In this document: positions 26,983 through 34,003 of the stretch, piece after piece
How positions within the stretch are numbered: the stretch's first letter is position 1
Layout of the letters: every line of letters starts with the position of its first letter
Origin: an uncultured Planctomycetia bacterium
Lineage (GTDB): Bacteria > Planctomycetota > UBA8742 > SKZP01 > CAYZQB01
Direction of reading: 5' to 3'
Length of the DNA: 34,003 nucleotides
Assembly: GCA_964480395.1 (NCBI GenBank)
Contig: CAYZQB010000009.1
Span: 1-34,003 of the forward strand
Made by a program: the position numbers and the translations under genes
The notes under the pieces: model-generated
Database searches by the model: none
Seen by the model: the letters and a program-made list of their open reading frames with translations, nothing else
Told to the model about the DNA's origin: nothing

Positions 26983-28851
26983 TTAATTAAGTTTGACGAT
27001 GAAGCAGTCATTATCCCCAATTGCTTGATGCTCATCGACATCTGTGGTTGTTGTGTTATTGCTGTCATCTTCAGGATTTAAATCAATTTTGCTGTTGAAT
27101 ATTCCACCAAGATAGATTTCATTGATGCTGTTTTTTGCAATAAAATATCCTCTATCTGTACCAGCACCACCAAATACCCTCGTATAAAGATATTTCCCAG
27201 TTTCATCAAACTTAACCAAATAACAATCTTCACCGCTGTAAGATTTAACTATATCAACATCATCTGATGTGTTTGGATTGCCATCATCAGCAGGATTAAA
27301 GTCCCATGATTTCTTGAAACCGCCGGTTACAAACACATTATTCAAATCATCACATCTGACATGACATGCAATATCACCAGAATCAGAACCGCCAGCATAT
27401 GTGAATATATAATTGCCATTTGAGTCAAACTTACTAATAAATAAATCGCTTCCGCCTGCTGAAGTTACGTTATTGTTTCCGCCAGTTGGATCGAAGTCAC
27501 ACGTGTTTACAAATTGACCAACCGCATAAACATTCCCGATATTGTCAACTGCAACACCGTTTGTTCTGTCACTATCATTACTTCCCCAAGTATTAACCCA
27601 TGAGAAATTTCCATTTTCGGTAATTTTAAGAACAAAACAGTCTAAATCACCTTTTGATGTTCTATTTTCGGTGCCTGAACCGAAGTCAAAATCGACTGTT
27701 AACTGGAAAAAACCACCGACAATCACGCTGTTATCTGCACCAACCGCAACACTCGTAGCATGGTCAGGATCATCTCCACCCCATGCAGCTACCCAGACGA
27801 AACCACCACTTGAATTCAGTTTGAGAACGTAACAATCACCTTCTCCGTTTGAAGAATATGAATATGTCATTCCGCCGGGATTAAAATCGCAAATTTTGCG
27901 GTACTTCCCAACGATTAGAATGTTATCTTTTGAATCAATTTCGCAATTATAAACCCAATCTGCTTGATTCCCACCCCAGGTTCTCACCCATTGGAAAATC
28001 CCGTTCTTATCAAGTTTACATAAAAATCCATCACGCTCGTTGTTTATTGATGAAACAGAATATGTGTTATTACCAGGATCAAAGTCAACTGTCATCTCAA
28101 AATCACCAGCAATGTAAACACTATCATACTGGTCTACAACCACTCCGCAAGCTCTGTCAACTTGAACTCCACCCCAGCTTAATCCCCAGAGGAAATTCCC
28201 ATCTTTGTCAAACTTACTAAGAAAACAATCGGTATCACCATTTGAAGTATGAGAATCAACATCTGTTAATGTGCCTGAATCGTTGTCATCATAGGGATTC
28301 AAGTCGATTGTGTTTAGAAAACTTCCCACAACATACACATTTCCAGCTGAATCTGAAGCAATTCCGCTTAATACATCGTTATCATCGCTACCCCAAGTAT
28401 TTCCCCATGTTTCATTACCCAAAATGTCGACTATGCTGTAAGCTTCGAGTTTTCCAATAAATGGTGAATTCGGAGTCGAAAATTCTATATTAAGCACAGC
28501 TTCTTTGTAGCCAGTTTGATTCTGTGACGTAAATTCAATTGTTATTGCAAGATTTGAGTTGCCAGCCATGACTAATGGATGGTTTGTATCAGGTAAAACT
28601 AGAGGTGCAATAATTGCAAAATCAGTTGAATTCGAACCACTTATTGAAATATCAGTTATGTCAAACGAAGAATTTCCCTGATTTTTAACGATAAAATCAT
28701 TCGTTTTGCTGGTTGATAATAAAAGCTTCCCAAAATCCCAGTTTCTTGGAGCTATAGCAAACAACGTAGGATTTGTGGTTGACGAACTTGAACAACCGAT
28801 AATCCAAGTTAAAATCACATTTAATATAAGTAAAGTTGAAATTTTACGCAT
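26983..28851 (-). CDS. Lipoprotein with multiple SBBP-type beta-propeller repeats
   Basis: Lipobox LTWIIGC after MRKISTLLILNV. There are 8 or more repeats of the pattern WG(G/S)...D...G(V/I)A.D..GN.Y..G.F..T.DFDP. The ORF track starts at ATG 28890. I prefer ATG 28851, which has AAGG 6 nt upstream and gives a proper signal peptide. Confidence 0.75.
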   Translation of the reverse strand: MRKISTLLILNVILTWIIGCSSSSTTNPTLFAIAPRNWDFGKLLLSTSKTNDFIVKNQGNSSFDITDISISGSNSTDFAIIAPLVLPDTNHPLVMAGNSNLAITIEFTSQNQTGYKEAVLNIEFSTPNSPFIGKLEAYSIVDILGNETWGNTWGSDDNDVLSGIASDSAGNVYVVGSFLNTIDLNPYDDNDSGTLTDVDSHTSNGDTDCFLSKFDKDGNFLWGLSWGGVQVDRACGVVVDQYDSVYIAGDFEMTVDFDPGNNTYSVSSINNERDGFLCKLDKNGIFQWVRTWGGNQADWVYNCEIDSKDNILIVGKYRKICDFNPGGMTYSYSSNGEGDCYVLKLNSSGGFVWVAAWGGDDPDHATSVAVGADNSVIVGGFFQLTVDFDFGSGTENRTSKGDLDCFVLKITENGNFSWVNTWGSNDSDRTNGVAVDNIGNVYAVGQFVNTCDFDPTGGNNNVTSAGGSDLFISKFDSNGNYIFTYAGGSDSGDIACHVRCDDLNNVFVTGGFKKSWDFNPADDGNPNTSDDVDIVKSYSGEDCYLVKFDETGKYLYTRVFGGAGTDRGYFIAKNSINEIYLGGIFNSKIDLNPEDDSNNTTTTDVDEHQAIGDNDCFIVKLN

Positions 28852-28941
28852 GTTGTACCTTAATTTATACACAAGGTGTATTGAACACATTAATATTTCG
28901 GAAGTTACGCATTTTTTTTGAAAAACATTATATATAAGTTG

Positions 28942-29838
28942 TTACTGGGTTGAAAGAATGTGTTTGATTAGAAGCTCATTTATTGGCAGGTTTGTATTGC
29001 AGAGTTTGTATGCGATGTGATGTTGACGACAGAATCCTTTTATTTTTACAATGTGCTTGTCAAGCTCATTGATGTAATTGTCGTGAACTGATGAATTTCC
29101 AGGAATTTTGAGCATTTCTTTGGTTTCAGAATCCTGCAAAAGCATATTTTCGAAGTATTTTGGGGTTAATTCATCCTGGCTGAGAGTTTGAAGAAGCAAA
29201 ACAAGCATATTGCGTTGCGAGAGTGCCTTCACGGTTTGCAGAAGCTCATCGTCGTAAGCGTCTGAGATGACAATAATCTGAGAGTTCCGACCATGGCTTT
29301 TCAAGATGCGGTCAACAGGAAAATGCAAACCTTCATATTCTGAGAATTCAAGACTGTTGATTAAACCGATAATCTCGAAAATCGATGCCTGATTTTTGTA
29401 TGCACCAAGATATTGCAGCGTGATCGAGTCAATGTAAAAACTGAGAGATGTTTCAGCATCAGCCTTCAGCGCGAGAAACGCCAAAGAAATACCTATTTTG
29501 AACGCTTCATCAAGTTTGTCAAACATTGAAGTGCTTGTATCAATCCATACGTGAACCTTGCTTGTGCTTTCCGCAAAAAATGTCTTTGAGTGAAGTGAAT
29601 CCGAGCGGGATGCAGCATTCCAGTCGATGTAACGGAAATCATCACCAGGCGAGTAAGGTTTGTGTCCTGCGAATTCGGTTCTGCCGCCTTTCATAACACC
29701 GGATAAATCACCCGAAAACAGTGATGCTGCTTTCTTGATGTTGAAGTTAAAATCCTCAAGCCGTGCAACAAAATCATCTGAAATATTGACTTTAATCGCA
29801 ATTCCTCCTAAAAATCGATTCTGCATATGCCTGTGCAA
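28942..29838 (-). CDS. DUF58 family protein (vWA-like; normally a partner of MoxR-type AAA+ ATPases)
   Basis: Hallmark DUF58 segment GGRTEFAGHKPYSPGDDFRYIDWNAASRSDSLHSKTF followed by VHVWIDTSTSMF (MIDAS-like). GAGGAG lies 5 nt upstream of TTG 29838; an alternative ATG is at 29826. The gene overlaps the upstream PTPS-like gene by 31 nt (TTG start) or 19 nt (ATG start). Confidence 0.8.
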   Translation of the reverse strand: MHRHMQNRFLGGIAIKVNISDDFVARLEDFNFNIKKAASLFSGDLSGVMKGGRTEFAGHKPYSPGDDFRYIDWNAASRSDSLHSKTFFAESTSKVHVWIDTSTSMFDKLDEAFKIGISLAFLALKADAETSLSFYIDSITLQYLGAYKNQASIFEIIGLINSLEFSEYEGLHFPVDRILKSHGRNSQIIVISDAYDDELLQTVKALSQRNMLVLLLQTLSQDELTPKYFENMLLQDSETKEMLKIPGNSSVHDNYINELDKHIVKIKGFCRQHHIAYKLCNTNLPINELLIKHILSTQ

Positions 29839-30290
29839 CCTGGCTCCTCTGAAATACCAACTTTTAACGTTCCTGTGCCGTTTAACATCCCAGAATCTCG
29901 AAGTTTAGTCAGCATGTTTTGGGCGAAATACTCTGCTATTAGTTCTGCCGATGTATTTACAAACGGAATCTGTACAACATTGTTCGATTTTATGCTTATG
30001 AATAAAGAATCTGCTGAGATGTTAGTATTTTTGTCACTTTGTTCGATTTTTATACCGGGATTTCGACCTGGCAACAATAATTTATGGTCAAGCTGATTAA
30101 TAATTTCTTTTGCATAACTGCGCAGGTTTATGAAATCAACAACAATGCCTGCATCGTCGATTCTGCTCTTGAAAGTTATCTCAACCCCAAAATTATGCCC
30201 GTGCAGCGCTTCCACACCGAATTTTTCACCAATTAGAAAATGAGCAGCAGAAAATTGAAAATTATCGATTTTAATTTCATGTGTTTTCAT
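29808..30290 (-). CDS. 6-pyruvoyl-tetrahydropterin synthase / QueD family protein (COG0720), lacking the QueD catalytic Cys
   Basis: FSAAHFL and LHGHNF form the Zn His triad. QLDHKLL carries the Asp-His pair. ISEEPGCTG matches the C-terminal Glu motif. ATG 30290 puts FSAAH at residues 13-17, as in E. coli QueD. The ORF track opens at TTG 30332 (also ATG 30326); the start is uncertain because no clear SD is visible. Confidence 0.78.
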   Translation of the reverse strand: MKTHEIKIDNFQFSAAHFLIGEKFGVEALHGHNFGVEITFKSRIDDAGIVVDFINLRSYAKEIINQLDHKLLLPGRNPGIKIEQSDKNTNISADSLFISIKSNNVVQIPFVNTSAELIAEYFAQNMLTKLRDSGMLNGTGTLKVGISEEPGCTGICRIDF

Positions 30291-30320
30291 TTTACGGTGT
30301 CCGATTAAGGTAACTAATGT

Positions 30321-30399
30321 TGTCATTCCCAACTTGATTGGGAATCCAGAAAAGATGTAACCCCTGATAATACAGGATTCCTGCCTTCGCCGGAATCTG
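30321..30399. repeat. Two short self-complementary elements of the TGTCATTC...GAATC family in opposite orientation, in the leader of the PTPS-like gene
   Basis: The plus strand reads tgtcattc-ccaacttgattgg-gaatccag (30321-30349), which has the same 8-nt termini as the copy at 33689-33735. The minus strand reads cagATTCCGGCGAAGGCAGGAATCctg (30399-30373), which resembles tgtcATTCCGAGCGAAGCG..AATCtcag at 33799-33829. Confidence 0.5.
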
Positions 30400-30439
30400 T
30401 AGCAGTCGCTGTCTTTTTCTTCGCTTTCATTTTACTCAC

Positions 30440-30468
30440 AAAAAAACCTCTGTCTTTTTTAACAGAGG
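30440..30468 (-). terminator. Rho-independent terminator downstream of the lipoprotein gene 30533..31150
   Basis: Minus strand reads CCTCTGT-TAAAAAAG-ACAGAGG followed by TTTTTTT: a 7-bp perfect stem, 8-nt loop and 7-U tail. Confidence 0.78.
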
Positions 30469-30532
30469 ATTTAGGTAAAACCAAGATTATTTGTTGCTTG
30501 TTATTTTCTGCAACAACCGTCAAGTTCGCTGT

Positions 30533-31150
30533 TTAATTTCCAGTAGTTCGACTGGGATTCGTAATTTTTCCGTTGGTTATTGTTGTTCCTCGGGTTGTAG
30601 GCGCGTTTGTAGAACCAAGAACCTGTTTGCTTGTTGCTGCACGAAGATATGCCCTATGCCCGGTGTTTGGCAGACTAGGATCCCACCATTCCTGATAATA
30701 ATTCGGTCCTATCGGGTAGAAGCCAAACCAATAATACGATGCATAGCGTCTATTATGCGAATATCTCCACCAGCGAGAATATATTCTTTCATCGTTTGAG
30801 CGTTCTTCATTTAGTTTTCTCTCAGCTTTAACTCGTTCAAGATATTCTTCACGCTCCATCTTGTATTTTTCCCAGGCTTCCTTTTTTGCTATTCTTCTTT
30901 GTTCTGTCTTGTAATTTATTACATCCATCGCATCAGCAAAACGCAAATACATCTCAACGTCTTTGTCAGATGATTCCAATTTCTTTGGTGCTCTGAAATT
31001 TTTTGGGAAAACAACAATCGTATCTTCAGGTGCAGTTTTAAAGGTTACGATTTCATCCTTGGATGCTGTGTAAATAGACTCACTCGTTGCACAACCCATC
31101 GTTGAGACAGCAAAAATTGCGATCAGCATAGCAATGTGTATTTTAACCAT
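30533..31150 (-). CDS. Hypothetical lipoprotein with an aromatic-rich C-terminal half
   Basis: GGAGG lies 6 nt upstream of the ATG. Signal peptide plus lipobox MLIAIFAVSTMGC. A canonical intrinsic terminator follows about 65 nt downstream. I recognise no family. Confidence 0.6.
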   Translation of the reverse strand: MVKIHIAMLIAIFAVSTMGCATSESIYTASKDEIVTFKTAPEDTIVVFPKNFRAPKKLESSDKDVEMYLRFADAMDVINYKTEQRRIAKKEAWEKYKMEREEYLERVKAERKLNEERSNDERIYSRWWRYSHNRRYASYYWFGFYPIGPNYYQEWWDPSLPNTGHRAYLRAATSKQVLGSTNAPTTRGTTITNGKITNPSRTTGN

Positions 31151-31386
31151 AAATAACCTCCATCACGTTTATTTATTATACAACATTATCTTTCAAAATA
31201 CAATTCCACCCGATTTATTATTAATTTTTCTTCCTTCACTATGATTGCTGTTTATTGATTCACAAAACTGATAAAATAACAAAGCTATAAAAGTATAGGA
31301 TTTTGCTGAATCGGACATTGATATTGGAATTATATCGAGGAAAATTACGTTATTACATTGATGATTGCGAACAAAATTACATAATA

Positions 31387-31460
31387 CTGCTGGTGGAATA
31401 GGCATCCTTGCCTGTTGTATTATTATTGAATGTCAGCAAAGATGCCTGACCCACCAACAG
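31387..31460. repeat. 74-nt imperfect inverted repeat (long hairpin), 23 nt upstream of the thiC start codon
   Basis: The left arm ctgctggtggaataggcatccttgcctg (31387-31414) pairs with the right arm cagcaaagatgcctgacccaccaacag (31434-31460). About 22 of 27 positions are complementary and the loop is 19 nt. The arm sequence recurs at 33960-33983. Confidence 0.75.
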
Positions 31461-31483
31461 TTTACATATCATAAAGGAAAATT

Positions 31484-32830
31484 ATGCGTAAAGAATGGAT
31501 TAGCAAGCGAGATTTCACCGACGTAAATACGCAGATGTATTATGCCAAGAAAGGCATTTTAACAGAAGAGATTATGCACGTCGCAAAACTCGAAAAGATA
31601 GATGCAGAAACGTTGAGAAAGTTGGTAGCGGAGGGAAAAGTTGCAATCCCTGCCAATATAAAACATCCCAATATAGAACCAATGGGAATCGGTCGCTCAT
31701 TAAGAGTAAAAATTAACACGAATATCGGTAATTCACCCTTGAGTTCCGGACTTGATGAAGAAGTTGAGAAACTGAAACATTCATTAAGATACAAAACAGA
31801 TACCGTGATGGACCTTTCAACGGGACAAAATATTAAGGAAATCAGGCAAGCTATTATCGACAATTCACCCATACCTGTTGGTACAGTGCCGATTTACGAA
31901 GCTTTTGAGAAAGTTGACAGTGTCTATGATATGACCCCGCAGCTTTTGCTTGAGGTTGTTGAAGAACAAGCAGAGCAAGGCGTGGATTATATGACGATTC
32001 ATGCTGGAATACTGAAAAGCCACATGCCGAAAATCCTCGCTCGAAAAATCCCGCTTGTCAGCCGTGGCGGTTCGTTGCTTGCACATTGGATGCTTCATCA
32101 CGGCAAGGAAAACCCATTTTACACCCATTATGAAGAATTAATGAAGATTATGCGTAAATATGACGTAACAATCTCAATTGGTGATGGGCTCCGTCCAGGA
32201 TGTTTAAGCGACTCGAGCGATGAAGCACAGTTCGCGGAACTTGCGGTTATGGGTGAACTTGCGCGAAAATCATGGGAATACGATGTGCAGGTGATGATTG
32301 AAGGTCCAGGACATATTCCATTGCACGAAATTGAGATGAATATGCGCAAAGAAAGAGAACTTTGCGATGATGCACCGTTTTATATTCTCGGACCACTGCC
32401 AACAGACATTTCTGCAGGATATGACCATATTACCAGCGCAATCGGTGGGGCTTTCGCAGCATGGCACGGCGCATCCATGCTCTGTTACGTTACTCCCAAA
32501 GAGCATCTCGGACTGCCAAATGCTGAAGATGTTCGAGTCGGTGTAATCGCACATAAAATTGCTGCCCACGTTGCTGACATTGCCAAGGGAATCCCCGGAG
32601 CGCAGGATATTGACGATAAAATGTCGGATGCACGTCTGAATTTTGACTGGGAAACTCAATTTAGTTTGGCACTTGATCCAGACAGAGCTAAGGAATATCA
32701 CGACGAAACACTTGGTGGTGACTATTTCAAGACCGCTGAATATTGCTCGATGTGCGGAGAAAAATTTTGTGCAATGCGCATCGGCAAAGAGCTGAGAGAG
32801 AAGGATAAAGAAAAAGATAATAACAAATGA
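31484..32830 (+). CDS. thiC: Phosphomethylpyrimidine synthase ThiC (radical SAM, short form)
   Basis: TIHAGI, VSRGGS, GDGLRPG, MIEGPGHIP, GPLPTDISAGYDHITSAIGG and the C-terminal Fe-S motif CSMCGEKFCAMR. AAGGA lies upstream of the ATG. Confidence 0.94.
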   Translation: MRKEWISKRDFTDVNTQMYYAKKGILTEEIMHVAKLEKIDAETLRKLVAEGKVAIPANIKHPNIEPMGIGRSLRVKINTNIGNSPLSSGLDEEVEKLKHSLRYKTDTVMDLSTGQNIKEIRQAIIDNSPIPVGTVPIYEAFEKVDSVYDMTPQLLLEVVEEQAEQGVDYMTIHAGILKSHMPKILARKIPLVSRGGSLLAHWMLHHGKENPFYTHYEELMKIMRKYDVTISIGDGLRPGCLSDSSDEAQFAELAVMGELARKSWEYDVQVMIEGPGHIPLHEIEMNMRKERELCDDAPFYILGPLPTDISAGYDHITSAIGGAFAAWHGASMLCYVTPKEHLGLPNAEDVRVGVIAHKIAAHVADIAKGIPGAQDIDDKMSDARLNFDWETQFSLALDPDRAKEYHDETLGGDYFKTAEYCSMCGEKFCAMRIGKELREKDKEKDNNK

Positions 32831-32839
32831 GGATTTTCC

Positions 32840-33628
32840 ATGAAGATTAAACATGTTTTAGGAATCTTATTGATTTTCGTGTTCTGCAATTCAGCATTTG
32901 CTTTTGGTCGTGCGATTCTGACTGAAAGTTATTTTGAAGACAATTTCGAGCTTGAGCTTCAATCCGGAGTTCTTTTTCCGGGGTATAACGATGTTCAGAT
33001 TCCCGGAACAGTCGATGGTACAAGATTTTCACTACGAGATGATTTTAAGCCTGATAACGAAATCTTCTTCCGCATTTCTTTGCAATATTCAATCAATGAT
33101 AGACATCATCTGACTTTTTTGTACACACCGAACAAAATCGATGCAAGCGGAATTCTGAAAAACGATATAACGTTTGACGGGATTACATTTTTAACTGATA
33201 CAAAGATTGATGCACAATATATTTTCAATACCTGGCGTTTGCAGTACCGGTGGGATTTTGTTCTTACAGATACAGTTGAATTCGGTATGGGATTAACTTT
33301 TTTCATTCGTGATGCTGAGATTTCGCTTCAAAACGTCGATGATTCTGATAATAAAGCATCTTACGATAATATCGGATATGTTGGGTTGGTGAATTTTCGA
33401 TTAATGTTGAAGTTTTCCAAAACATTAAGCATGCTTTTGACTGGTGATTTATTTGCGGTTTCAGTAGGCAGAGCGGAAGATGTTTTTATCGGTTTGATGT
33501 ATCAGGCATCGAAGGAATTTGCATTTCAGCTTGGATACCGCTTGGTAGAAGGTGGTGCTGACAACGATAAAATTTACACTTTTACGCTAATAAATTATTT
33601 AGCAGTCGGTCTTGTTTACAATTTTTAG
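32840..33628 (+). CDS. Predicted small outer-membrane beta-barrel protein, function unknown
   Basis: Signal peptide LGILLIFVFCNSAFA. Alternating hydrophobic/polar strands run throughout. The C-terminal strand ends in aromatic residues (AVGLVYNF). GAGGA lies 6 nt upstream of the ATG, and the gene starts 9 nt after the thiC stop. Confidence 0.6.
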   Translation: MKIKHVLGILLIFVFCNSAFAFGRAILTESYFEDNFELELQSGVLFPGYNDVQIPGTVDGTRFSLRDDFKPDNEIFFRISLQYSINDRHHLTFLYTPNKIDASGILKNDITFDGITFLTDTKIDAQYIFNTWRLQYRWDFVLTDTVEFGMGLTFFIRDAEISLQNVDDSDNKASYDNIGYVGLVNFRLMLKFSKTLSMLLTGDLFAVSVGRAEDVFIGLMYQASKEFAFQLGYRLVEGGADNDKIYTFTLINYLAVGLVYNF

Positions 33629-33633
33629 CTGAT

Positions 33634-33707
33634 TGTACAAAGCATCCACGATGTCATTCTGAGCGAAGCATGTACAATGCATCCCTGTTGTCATTCTGAG
33701 TGGAATG
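33634..33707 (+). repeat. Tandem direct repeat, 2 x 37 nt, each unit ending in a TGTCATTCTGAG core
   Basis: Unit A (33634-33670) is tgtacaaagcatccacgatgtcattctgagcgaagca. Unit B (33671-33707) is tgtacaatgcatccctgttgtcattctgagtggaatg. They share 28/37 identities, 26/30 over the first 30 nt. Confidence 0.78.
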
Positions 33708-33798
33708 AATGTAGTGAGTGCAACGAAGAATCCAGGCTAGAGCAGTGCCAATCGTGGAAATGCAACGAATTTATGATGTCTGCAAAATGTTGAAACAC

Positions 33799-33934
33799 TG
33801 TCATTCCGAGCGAAGCGTAGTAATCTCAGAGACTCTGGCGAGTTGCAGATGCTTGACAGGTATTGTAGGTTTGCGAATCAGCAGCAACTCCTGAGATTGC
33901 GACGTCAGTCACTTCGCTCCTTCCTCGCAATGAT
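33799..33934. repeat. Inverted pair of the same repeat family flanking a 61-nt spacer (MITE-like arrangement)
   Basis: 33799-33829 reads tgtcattccgagcgaagcgtagtaatctcag. The reverse complement of 33891-33934 reads atcattgcgaggaaggagcgaagtgactgacgtcgcaatctcag. They share TCATT, GCGAAG and AATCTCAG blocks in the same order. Confidence 0.65.
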
Positions 33935-33959
33935 AAGCATGGATGGTAAAAAAGTAAAT

Positions 33960-33984
33960 GGTGGCACAGGCATCCCTGCCTGTG
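33960..33984. repeat. Copy of the GGTGG-N3-AGGCATCCYTGCCTGT motif containing its own 8-bp hairpin
   Basis: ggtggcacaggcatccctgcctgt matches 31392-31415 (ggtggaataggcatccttgcctgt) at 21/24 positions. Within it, cacaggca-tccc-tgcctgtg is a perfect 8-bp stem with a 4-nt loop. Confidence 0.65.
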
Positions 33985-34003
33985 TCTAGCAATGTATGTC
34001 ATC

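Noticed and set aside
30323-30523. 66-aa minus-strand ORF between the lipoprotein gene and the PTPS-like gene
   Set aside because: The ORF runs straight through a canonical intrinsic terminator (30440-30468), so the full-length version is implausible. Only the 35-codon part downstream of the terminator (ATG 30430) is kept, as a speculative leader ORF in the findings.
31193-31405. 70-aa minus-strand ORF in the thiC upstream region
   Set aside because: It lies in an AT-rich divergent intergenic region, has no SD, has an odd composition, and its 5' end overlaps the repeat hairpin. It is most likely a chance ORF.
31151-31483. Expected TPP (THI-box) riboswitch upstream of thiC
   Set aside because: Reading both the whole intergenic region and the hairpin, I find no CUGAGA and no ACCUGAU...GG.UAAU.CC.GCG core. 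I cannot exclude a divergent riboswitch without a covariance-model search (RF00059), so I did not annotate it.
33629-34003. Possible CRISPR array, because of several similar ~20-40-nt repeats in a non-coding stretch
   Set aside because: The repeats are imperfect, irregularly spaced (one tandem pair with no spacer, others 60-90 nt apart) and occur in both orientations. No cas genes are in the window. This fits REP/MITE-like elements, not CRISPR.

Overview
This is an AT-rich bacterial chromosomal segment (high-30s % GC by eye), about 90% coding. It holds 23 protein-coding genes on both strands. Shine-Dalgarno sites (GGAGG/AAGGA) sit 4-8 nt upstream of most starts. I found no rRNA, tRNA, CRISPR array, transposase, integrase or phage genes. 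Core genes: dapB (cut by the left edge, so missing from the ORF track), nadA, thiC, a pcrA/uvrD-type helicase, dnaB, sppA, a macro-domain protein, a Zn-dependent dehydrogenase and a NuoF/HydB-type flavoprotein. Signalling pair: a Hanks Ser/Thr kinase fused to a receiver and a Roadblock/LC7-like domain, followed 26 nt later by a PAS-PAS hybrid histidine kinase. Predicted envelope or secreted proteins: a HEAT-repeat protein, a beta-helix lipoprotein, two alkaline-phosphatase-superfamily membrane enzymes, an SBBP-repeat lipoprotein, a small lipoprotein and a small beta-barrel protein. Non-coding structure consists of two families of short self-complementary repeats. The 'TGTCATTC...GAATC' family occurs at 30321-30399 and 33634-33934. 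The 'GGTGG-N3-AGGCATCCYTGCCTGT' family occurs at 31387-31460 and 33960-33984. There are also two intrinsic terminators. Best leads for something undescribed: (1) the kinase-REC-Roadblock fusion with its adjacent hybrid HK; (2) a Cys-less PTPS/QueD-like gene overlapping an orphan DUF58 gene, preceded by a leader with mutually exclusive stems; (3) thiC with no visible THI-box but a 74-nt hairpin built from a dispersed repeat. None of these is a recognisable defence or mobile system, and the window is mostly ordinary core genome. All functional calls are motif recognition by eye; no database search was possible.
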